In this document: positions 35,756-45,115 of the stretch, in pieces | How positions within the stretch are numbered: position 1 is the first letter of the stretch | How the letters are laid out: each line of letters opens with the position of its first letter | From: an uncultured Fibrobacteraceae bacterium | GTDB taxonomy: Bacteria; Krumholzibacteriota; Krumholzibacteriia; LZORAL124-64-63 | Assembly: GCA_964420395.1 (NCBI GenBank) | Contig: CAYQTJ010000002.1 | Coordinates: 5,248-69,247 of the forward strand | Direction of reading: 5' to 3' | DNA length: 64,000 bases | Notes under the pieces: generated by a model | What the model was told of the DNA's origin: nothing | Seen by the model: only the letters and a program-made list of their open reading frames with translations | The model's database searches: none | Made by a program: the position numbers and the translations under genes

Positions 35756-37234
35756 TCAAGAAGCGCGCCCCGCCGCTTTCCCCGCGGTCCGGCGCCACAC
35801 CCAGTAGACCGGCACCCCCAGCGCCACGATGACCAGGCCGGGCCAGGTGTACTTCGGCTTCACGATGAGCAGGTCCACGCAGATTGCGAAGGCGATGATC
35901 ACGTAGAGCGCCGGCAGCAGCGGGTAGCCGGGGGCGCGGTACGGTCGGTCCGCGTGAGGCAGGCGGCGGCGCAGGATGAAGATCCCCACCACGCTCAGCG
36001 CGTAGAAGATCAGCACCGAGAAGATCACGTAGTCGAGCAGGTCGCCGTACCTGCCGGTCAGGCAGAGGGCGCACGACCAGACCCCCTGCAGGACGAGCGC
36101 CGTGGCCGGAACCTGGCGGCGGTTGAGGGTGCCGGTGCGGCGGAAGAAGAGGCCGTCGCGCGCCATGGCCCAGTAGACGCGGGCGCCGGTGAGGATCATG
36201 CCGTTGTTGCAGCCGAAGGTGCTGATCATGATGCAGACGGCCATCACCGCGGCGGCCGCCGGGCCGAGGATGGTCGAGGCGGCGGCGGTGCCGACGCGGT
36301 CGTCGGTGGCGAACTGGATGCCGCGGCCGAGCGCGTCGGCGGCGCGCGGGTCGCCCGCCACCGGCAGCGCGAGGATGTACGCGAAGTTCGCCAGCATGTA
36401 GAGCACGACCACCACCGCCACGCCGAGCACCAGGGCGCGCGTGATGGTGCGGCGCGGATCGACCGTCTCGCCGGCGGTGAAGGTGACGTTGTTCCAGGCG
36501 TCGCAGGCGAAGAGCGAGCCGACCGAGGCGGCGCCGATCGCCATCAGCAGCCCGAGCCCCGACAGCGCCTCGCGCGCGACCGAGCCGTCCGGCCCGACCA
36601 CCGCGCGGCTGGCGGCCCAGAAGTCGTGGAAGTTGGCCGACAGCGCCGCCGGGTTGCGGCCCAGCGCCAGGCCGAGCGCCACCAGGCCGAGCAGCGCGGC
36701 GGCCTTGGTGATCGTGAAGCCGTCCTGCACCAGCTTCCCCTCGCGCAGGCCGAGCGTGTTGAGCCAGGTCAGCAGGGCGATGCTGGCGATGGCGAGCAGC
36801 TGCGCGGCGTTCACCTGCAGCGCGCCGATCGCGAACAGGACGTGCTGCTCGCCGACCGCCGGGATCAGCAGCGACGTGTACTTCGCGAAGGCCATGCCGA
36901 CGGCCGCGATCGAACCGGTCTGGATCACCATGAACAGGGTCCAGCCGTAGAGGAACCCGACCATCGGGCCGAAGATCTCGCGCAGGTAGACGTACTGGCC
37001 GCCGGCCTGCGGCATCATGGCCGACAGCTCGCCGTAACAGGCGGCCGCCAGCAGCGTGACCAGCCCGCTGAACAGCCAGACCGCCAGCAGCCAGCCGGCC
37101 GAGCCGACGGTGCGCGCGATGTCGCTGCTGACGATGAAGATGCCCGACCCGATCATCACGCCCATGACGATCATGGTGGCGTCGAACAGGCGGATCTCGC
37201 GGCGGAACTCGCGCTCCTGGCCGGATGCGGTCAT
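35756..37234 (-). CDS. APC-superfamily amino acid permease
   Basis: 12 TM helices. IVMGVMIGSGIFIVSS is the canonical APC signature helix 1. Confidence 0.85.
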   Translation of the reverse strand: MTASGQEREFRREIRLFDATMIVMGVMIGSGIFIVSSDIARTVGSAGWLLAVWLFSGLVTLLAAACYGELSAMMPQAGGQYVYLREIFGPMVGFLYGWTLFMVIQTGSIAAVGMAFAKYTSLLIPAVGEQHVLFAIGALQVNAAQLLAIASIALLTWLNTLGLREGKLVQDGFTITKAAALLGLVALGLALGRNPAALSANFHDFWAASRAVVGPDGSVAREALSGLGLLMAIGAASVGSLFACDAWNNVTFTAGETVDPRRTITRALVLGVAVVVVLYMLANFAYILALPVAGDPRAADALGRGIQFATDDRVGTAAASTILGPAAAAVMAVCIMISTFGCNNGMILTGARVYWAMARDGLFFRRTGTLNRRQVPATALVLQGVWSCALCLTGRYGDLLDYVIFSVLIFYALSVVGIFILRRRLPHADRPYRAPGYPLLPALYVIIAFAICVDLLIVKPKYTWPGLVIVALGVPVYWVWRRTAGKAAGRAS

Positions 37235-37504
37235 GCGGGCTCCTCGGAGTGGCGCGCCGGAACCGGCCGTCTGCGGCCCGGCCCGACGGCCACGGCCCGC
37301 ACGGCCACGGCGCGGACGGCAACCGCCCCCGCGCCGGGGCGCGAGTCTAGCGCAGCCCCCGTTCCCCGACCAACACCGTTCCTGCCCGCCCGCGGCGGCG
37401 GCGCCGCGCTCCCCCCTCGCGCTCCGCCCCGCCCTGTGGCATCATGTGCCGGACGCCGCGGCGTCCCGCCCCGTGGCCCGCCCCGGCGCAGAAAGGACCG
37501 TGCC

Positions 37505-38743
37505 ATGTTCCGCTCACGCTTCGCCATCGCCCTCGCGGCCGTTGCCGCGCTCTGCTTCGCGCTCGCCGTCGCCTCGCCGCCCGCCGCCCTGGCCGGCCTG
37601 CCCAAGCTGGGAGACAAGCTGAAGGAGAAGGCGAAGGCGGCGGCCGAGGCGAAGGCGGACGCGGTGCTGTCCGGGGAGGAGGCCGCCGCGGCGGCCGATC
37701 GGGAGGAGCCGGCCGAAGAGGGCGCGGACAAGGGCGACGAGGCCGGCGGGCCGGCCGCCGCCGCGGGACAGGCCGGCGTCGGCGCCGACATGACGGTCTA
37801 CACGAAGTACGACTTCGTGCCGGGCGACCGGACCATCTTCTACGACGACCTCTCCGGCGACCCGCTGGGCGAATTCCCGCACCGCTGGCGGCTCGACGAA
37901 GGGGTGTTCGAGGTGGCGCAGCTCGCCGGCGAGAAGTGGATCCTGAACACCGACGAGGGCTCCATCCGGCCCGACCTCCCCGACGGCCTGCCGGAGCGCT
38001 ACACGGTCGAGATGGAGATCTGGGACGGCGGGCCCGACACCAAGGGGCACTGGCACTACCTCAGGTGGGTCGACGCCGAAGGGAACGACATCGGCGAGTT
38101 CGCGCTGAAGGACCACCAGCACACGTCGTTCCTCCTGGCCGGCGACCAGAAGGCGGACAAGTCCCTGCCGCAGCCGCTCACGAAGGGCAAGCACGTCATG
38201 CGCGCGATGGTCACCCCGACGTCCATCAAGTGCTACGTGGACCACGAGCGCGTGGCGAACATCCCGAAAGTGACCGGCTGGGCGCCGGTCGGGCTGCGCG
38301 TGACCCTCGACCCCTGGAGCGACGCGGAGGCGCCGCTGTTCATGCGCGCCTTCCGCCTCGCCGAGGGGGGCAAGACCCTGCAGGACCAGCTCGCCGAGAC
38401 CGGACGCATCGTCACCCACGGGATCCTGTTCGACTCCGGCTCGGCGGTGATCAGGGGCGAGTCGTACAAGACCCTCTCGCTGATCGCCGAGCTGCTGACC
38501 GGCGACCCGGCGCTCAGGCTGTCGATCGAGGGGCACACCGACAGCGACGGCGCCGACGACGCCAACCTGGCCCTCTCCCGGAAGCGCGCCGACGCCGTGA
38601 AGGGGTGGCTGGTCGCCCAGGGCACCGCCGCCGACCGCCTGCAGACGAACGGCTTCGGCGAGTCGAAGCCGCTCGACGCCAACGCCACGCCCGAGGGCAA
38701 AGCCAACAACCGGCGCGTGGAGCTGGTGAAGCTGTCGGGGTAG
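37505..38743 (+). CDS. OmpA-family protein (periplasmic/outer membrane) with an N-terminal signal peptide and a C-terminal OmpA peptidoglycan-binding domain
   Basis: MFRSRFAIALAAVAALCFALAVASPPAALA. The C-terminus (...LSIEGHTDSDGADDANLALSRKRADAVKGWLV...NRRVELV) is the classical OmpA_C fold. RBS AAAGGA. Confidence 0.8.
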   Translation: MFRSRFAIALAAVAALCFALAVASPPAALAGLPKLGDKLKEKAKAAAEAKADAVLSGEEAAAAADREEPAEEGADKGDEAGGPAAAAGQAGVGADMTVYTKYDFVPGDRTIFYDDLSGDPLGEFPHRWRLDEGVFEVAQLAGEKWILNTDEGSIRPDLPDGLPERYTVEMEIWDGGPDTKGHWHYLRWVDAEGNDIGEFALKDHQHTSFLLAGDQKADKSLPQPLTKGKHVMRAMVTPTSIKCYVDHERVANIPKVTGWAPVGLRVTLDPWSDAEAPLFMRAFRLAEGGKTLQDQLAETGRIVTHGILFDSGSAVIRGESYKTLSLIAELLTGDPALRLSIEGHTDSDGADDANLALSRKRADAVKGWLVAQGTAADRLQTNGFGESKPLDANATPEGKANNRRVELVKLSG

Positions 38744-38781
38744 GGCCGGCGGCGGGCGGCGAGGCATGGGGGGGCCTCGGG

Positions 38782-39085
38782 AGTCCTTCCTGACAGAGAC
38801 TGCTACGCGTGCAATGAGTGCGCGGGCAGCGAGGCCTGGGGGGCCCTCGGGAGCCCTTCCGAACAGAGACTGCTACGCGTGCATCGAGTGCGCGGGCGGA
38901 GGCGGTCCGACGCGCACCGTCGCCGCCCGACCGCGATCCTGGCCGGCCGACCCGGGCCGGCTCCTCCGTGAAACGGTTGCTCCCGTAGCAGTCTCTGTTC
39001 GGAAGGACTCCGCACCCCCCGTGCCGGCAGACCCGTGAAGCGGTTGCTCCCGTAGCAGTCTCTGTTCGGAAGGACTTCGCACCTC
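38782..39085. repeat. BIME-like cluster: four copies, in alternating orientation (+,+,-,-), of a ~45-bp REP element with core TCCTTCCGAACAGAGACTGCTACGsGwGCAA
   Basis: The copies start at ~38785 (+), ~38851 (+), ~38966 (-) and ~39036 (-). Together they can form nested long hairpins. They sit immediately upstream of the DMT transporter gene. Further copies are at 41855..41945 and, in degenerate form, ~44835..44860. Confidence 0.7.
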
Positions 39086-39142
39086 CAGTGCCGGCACACC
39101 CCGGCGGTTGCCCGGCGCCCTCCCGGCTGCCATCATGGTCCG

Positions 39143-40012
39143 ATGCGCGACAACTATCGCAAGGCGGTGCTCTGCCTGCTGCTGTCGGCCTTCGGCTTTT
39201 CGCTGATGGCGGCGGCCGTGAAGCTGGCGGGGCCGCTGCCGCTGGCGCAGAAGGTGTTCTTCCGCAACCTCGTCACGCTGCTCATCACGGCCGGCCTGGC
39301 GCTGCGGCTGCGGGAGAATCCGCTGGCGCGCGCGCGGCACCGGGGGCTGCTGGTGGCGCGCTCGGTGACCGGCCTGGTCGGCGTCTTCCTGTACTTCTAC
39401 GCGGTCGAGCACCTGACCCTGGCCGACGCCGCCATCCTCACCAAGCTGGCGCCGTTCTTCGTCATGCTGTTCGCGGCGTGGCTGCTGCGCGAGAAGCTGG
39501 CACCGCGCACCTGGCCGCTGCTCGGCGGGGCGCTGCTGGGGGCGGCGCTGGTGGTCAAGCCGCGGTTCGACATGGCGCTGTGGCCGGCGCTGGCGGGGGT
39601 GGGGTCGGCCGTCGCGTCGGGGCTGGCCTACACGCTGGTGCGGGGGCTGAAGAACCGCGAGCCGGCGCACCGGATCGTCTTCTGGTTCTCGCTCATCTCG
39701 ACGGCGGTGACGCTGCCGCTGATGCTCGCCGTTTACGTGGCGCCGACGGGGCGGCAGTGGCTCTGCATGCTCGGGACCGGCCTGTTCGCGGCGGTGGGGC
39801 AGTTCGCGCTGACCTGGGGGTACCAGCTCGGGATGGCGTCGCGGGTGGCGATCTACGACTACACGCTGATCCTCTGGTCGGTGGGGCTCGACCTGGTGCT
39901 GTGGCGCGCGCGGCCCGACGCGCTGTCGCTGCTCGGCGGCCTGCTGATCGTGGCGACCGGCGTCATCAATCACCGACGCGCGATGCGGGAGGACGCCGCC
40001 GGGGCGATCTGA
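39143..40012 (+). CDS. DMT-superfamily (EamA-like) transporter
   Basis: 10 TM helices with a duplicated EamA domain. Confidence 0.8.
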   Translation: MRDNYRKAVLCLLLSAFGFSLMAAAVKLAGPLPLAQKVFFRNLVTLLITAGLALRLRENPLARARHRGLLVARSVTGLVGVFLYFYAVEHLTLADAAILTKLAPFFVMLFAAWLLREKLAPRTWPLLGGALLGAALVVKPRFDMALWPALAGVGSAVASGLAYTLVRGLKNREPAHRIVFWFSLISTAVTLPLMLAVYVAPTGRQWLCMLGTGLFAAVGQFALTWGYQLGMASRVAIYDYTLILWSVGLDLVLWRARPDALSLLGGLLIVATGVINHRRAMREDAAGAI

Positions 40013-40068
40013 AGCCGGCGGCGTCGGGATGATTCGCCACTATTGCCGAATTGACCCCGAAACGCCCC

Positions 40069-41709
<1,641 letters not shown>

Positions 41710-41854
41710 AAACGATCACCGGATTATTATCAACAAAAAGACTATGAATGTTCGATTGAAGGCCATTTTGATCAAACAATTCCGGAATGCTCCCGGCCGG
41801 GGCACGGAACGGTCCCGGCCGACGGGCGGCACCCTCGACGGGGGTGTGGAGGGC

Positions 41855-41945
41855 CTTCCTGACAGAGACTGCTACGGCTGCAACGAGTGCGCAACCGGTC
41901 CTGCCGTGAACTCACTGCAGCCGTAGCAGTCGCTGTTCGGATGCC
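41855..41945. repeat. An inverted pair of the same REP element forming a ~20-bp stem hairpin
   Basis: cagagactgctacggctgca ... tgcagccgtagcagtcgctg, lying between rtcR-like and the patatin gene. Confidence 0.65.
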
Positions 41946-42036
41946 GCCCGCTCCCCCCTCGCGACCGCCCCCGTCGCGCCGCGCCGGACCCCTCGCGGCG
42001 GTTGCCGGCCACGGCCCCGCCTGTCATGATGCGGCG

Positions 42037-44388
42037 ATGCACCACCCCCATCGCCAGGCGCCGATCCGTCTCCCGCTGGCCGTCCTGACGGCGCTCGTCG
42101 TCGTCGCCGGGGCGGCCGGTCTGCCCGCCGCCCCGCCGCCCGCCGACGACCCGCCACCCGTCTCCCGGACCGTCGACACGGTGCCGGACGAGGCGCTCCG
42201 CCGCGGCGCCCCGGTCGTGCCGGAGCGCCCCGAGGGGGAGCCCGACGCGACGGCGCGCCGCCCCCGCATCGGCCTCGCCCTCGGCGGCGGCGGCGCCCGC
42301 GGCTTCGCCCACGTGGGGGTGCTGCGGGCCCTCGAGGAGCTGCGGATCCCGGTCGACGTCGTGGCCGGCACCAGCATGGGGGCGGTGGTGGGGGGGCTCT
42401 ACGCCGTCGGCCTGACCCCCGCCCAGATCGAGTCGGCCCTCGTGGCCCTCGACTGGAACGACATCTTCTCCGACCGCCCCCACCGCGCCGACCGGTCGCT
42501 GCGCGCCAAGCTCGACGACCGCGCCGAGCTGTTCGACCTCGAGCTCGGCCTCGCCGGCGGCGGCATCGTCCTGCCGCGCGGCCTGGTCGCCGGCCAGAAG
42601 CTGGCCTTCGCCCTCCCGGTCCCCGAGCTGCTGGTCCCCCCCGCCGGCGGCTTCGACGGACTGCCGACCCCCTTCCGCGCCGTCGCCACCGACCTGCGCA
42701 CCGGCGAGGCGGTGGCCATCACCGGCGGCGACCTGATGCGCGCCCTGCGCGCCAGCATGGCGGTGCCGGGCGTCTTCCCCCCGGTCGAACTGGACGGCCG
42801 CCTGCTGATGGACGGCGGCCTCTCGCTCACCGTGCCGGTGAACGTGGCCCGCGCCATGGGCGCCGACATCGTCATCGCCGTGGACGTGATCCGCCCCCTC
42901 GACCAGGCCCGCCCCGAGGACCTGAAGTCGCTCCCCGGCATCGCCCGCCAGGTCGGCGCCCTCCTGGCCCACCGGACCTCCCGCGACCAGCTCCCCCGGG
43001 CCCAGGTGGTGATCGCGCCGCCCCTCGAGCAGATGAGCAGCGGCTCCTTCGGCCAGGCTGCCTGGGCCGTCGGGCGCGGCGCCGCCGCCACCCGCGACCT
43101 GGCCGCGACCCTGGCCCCCTGGGCACTCTCGCCGGAGGAATACGCCGCCCACGAGTCCGCCCGCGCCCGCCGTCCCCAGCCCCCGGTCCACGTGGCCGCC
43201 ATCGAGATCGTGAACGGCCCCCCCCTCGACGACTGGGTCATCGAGAGCCGCCTCGCCCTCGCCCCGACCCGGAGCCTCGACTGGCGCCGCCTCGACCGCG
43301 GCATCGGCCGCATCTGGGAGCTCGGCCTCTTCGAATCGGTGACGACCGAGCTGCGCCCCCAGGGCGACTCCTGGCGCCTGCGCATCCTGGCCAAAGAAAA
43401 GTCCTACGCCCCCAACGTCCTCCACTTCGGCCTCTCCCTGCAGGACGACTTCGCCGGCGACGCCCGCTACGACCTGCGAGCCAGATGGACCCGCCACGCC
43501 ATCAACCCCCTCAACGGAGAGCTCCGCCTCGACGCCGCCATCGGCTCCTCACCAAGCATCGCCGCCGAGTGGTACCAACCGTTCGCCTACGACCAGAGCT
43601 CGTTCATCTCCCTCCGCGGAGAACTCGGCACCACCCGCCACACCCTGCACGAGGAAGGCACCCACCCCGCCGACTACCGCCTCCACCGCGCCCAGACCGA
43701 AGCCGACCTCGGCCACCAGTTCGGCAATAAGGCCGAACTAAGAGCCGGAGCCGTCTACGGCACCGACAGAGCCCGCCTCACGACAGGCGATGCCGACCTC
43801 TCACCACTGACCGGCAGGCACGGCGGATGGACCGCCAGCCTGACTTGGGACACGCTCGATGATCGCGGATTCCCGAAGAGGGGCGTGGCGCTGGACGCGG
43901 ATTGGTACCGGGCAGAGCCAAAGCTGGCGGCACCGTTCGTGTACGACCGCGCGCAGGCGAACCTGCGCGGGTATGCAACGCTGGGGTTGAACACGCTGTG
44001 GGCAGGGGTCGAGGGCGGGAGCGATCTGCGGACGGGGATGCCGGAGTTCGACCGGTTCAGGCCGGGGGGCCTGTTCTCGTTCTCGGGGTATCGGGAGGGG
44101 CGGTTGGCGGGGGCGACATATGGCGTGACGAGAGCGGGGTATTGGCGCGCGATCAATCCGCATGTGGGGAGCTTCAGGCCGCGGCATCACCTAGGGTTCT
44201 GGTTTGAGGCCGGGGATGCGTGGGAGGATCCGCTGGAGGCGCGGCTGCGGGAGTTGAAGTGGTCGGTGACGGTGGCGCTGGGAGCGAAGACGCCGGTCGG
44301 GCCGGCCTACCTGGCGTGGGCGCGGGCGGATGATGGGGGCGAGACTTGGTATCTGACGATTGGGAAAAAGCCCATGGAATCGCGATAG
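42037..44388 (+). CDS. Patatin-like phospholipase fused to POTRA and an Omp85/BamA-like beta-barrel (PlpD-like, type Vd architecture)
   Basis: Signal peptide, then GLALGGGGARGFAHVGVLRALEE (oxyanion GGG-R) and VAGTSMGAVVGGLYA (GxSxG nucleophile elbow), with a DGG catalytic Asp region. The C-terminal 350 aa are beta-strand-rich and end ...WYLTIGKKPM, like bacterial surface antigen barrels. The ATG is at 42037; the upstream track residues are low-complexity. Confidence 0.8.
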   Translation: MHHPHRQAPIRLPLAVLTALVVVAGAAGLPAAPPPADDPPPVSRTVDTVPDEALRRGAPVVPERPEGEPDATARRPRIGLALGGGGARGFAHVGVLRALEELRIPVDVVAGTSMGAVVGGLYAVGLTPAQIESALVALDWNDIFSDRPHRADRSLRAKLDDRAELFDLELGLAGGGIVLPRGLVAGQKLAFALPVPELLVPPAGGFDGLPTPFRAVATDLRTGEAVAITGGDLMRALRASMAVPGVFPPVELDGRLLMDGGLSLTVPVNVARAMGADIVIAVDVIRPLDQARPEDLKSLPGIARQVGALLAHRTSRDQLPRAQVVIAPPLEQMSSGSFGQAAWAVGRGAAATRDLAATLAPWALSPEEYAAHESARARRPQPPVHVAAIEIVNGPPLDDWVIESRLALAPTRSLDWRRLDRGIGRIWELGLFESVTTELRPQGDSWRLRILAKEKSYAPNVLHFGLSLQDDFAGDARYDLRARWTRHAINPLNGELRLDAAIGSSPSIAAEWYQPFAYDQSSFISLRGELGTTRHTLHEEGTHPADYRLHRAQTEADLGHQFGNKAELRAGAVYGTDRARLTTGDADLSPLTGRHGGWTASLTWDTLDDRGFPKRGVALDADWYRAEPKLAAPFVYDRAQANLRGYATLGLNTLWAGVEGGSDLRTGMPEFDRFRPGGLFSFSGYREGRLAGATYGVTRAGYWRAINPHVGSFRPRHHLGFWFEAGDAWEDPLEARLRELKWSVTVALGAKTPVGPAYLAWARADDGGETWYLTIGKKPMESR

Positions 44389-45115
44389 GCGTTCAAGGCG
44401 CAGGAGGCCGCAGCCCAGCAAGCAGAACGCCCCCTTCGCGCGAATCGCCCAAATCAACTCGGGCGACTTGAACACGCAATAGATCCTACTTCCCGCACCC
44501 TGCTTCGTGAACCCTGATTCTGACACTGTGGGCGCCGCTGGTCCTGCCCGCGGAGCCAACATCTTTCAGCGTAGGACCGATCCGCAGAGAAGTTGATGGT
44601 CGCCCCGGTTTGTCATGGACCGGGGCTTCAGTTTGTGGGCCAGTAGCAACGACTTGCGCGGGCGGTTTGGGCGGCCGAAGTCTCTGGGCCGGGGAGAGAC
44701 AAACGGAGAGGCCGTGACCCGGCCAAACCGCCTCCCGTGGAGTCTCGAAGTCACCCGCGGCCGCCTTCTTCAGTTTGGTTAACGCAAAGCGGTAGAGAAG
44801 AAGTCTGGTAAGGTTTCATGGGGTTCGAACCGCTGCTACGGCTGTGGCGTGGCGGCATCGCTCACAAAATCCGATTGCAAGACATGTGAGTGGCTGATAT
44901 TCCCTGCAGGGGGGTGTTGTCTGCCGTGGCCGCACAATTCAGCGGTGTGCAAGCCGAAGTCGTCGCGTCAACGACTTCGTTCACCATAGATCCATGTGGT
45001 GTCGCCTTAGTGACTACCATCCAGGCACCCTTTCCACGCGTGTGGGTGACCAATGCCAGAATAGCATTGCTGGTCCCCTGCCTGCGCCAAGCTCTGACAG
45101 CATCGCCATGAGAGG

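Noticed and set aside
38766-39038. Track ORFs translating the REP elements as Cys-rich peptides (RDCYGCNECA...), considered as RiPP precursors
   Set aside because: The Cys-rich reading is produced by the palindromic repeat itself in both orientations. There is no RBS or start context and no flanking maturation enzymes (radical SAM/SPASM, YcaO).
38782-39085. Possible CRISPR array
   Set aside because: The repeats alternate in orientation (+ + - -), their spacing is irregular, copies are dispersed to other intergenic sites, and there are no cas genes. This is REP/BIME-like, not CRISPR.
41710-42036. Sigma-54 -24/-12 promoter upstream of the patatin gene or the DMT gene
   Set aside because: GG-N10-GC spacing with TGGCAC/TTGC identity could not be satisfied by eye (nearest candidates have 9- or 15-nt spacing). 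This is left as an open check rather than an annotated site.
44820-44870. GGGGTTCGAACC T-loop-like sequence, considered as a tRNA or an integration-site tRNA fragment
   Set aside because: No acceptor stem, no D-arm and no anticodon arm could be folded around it. The flanking CTGCTACGGCTG instead matches the REP core seen at 38.8 and 41.9 kb, so it is a degenerate REP copy rather than a tRNA remnant.
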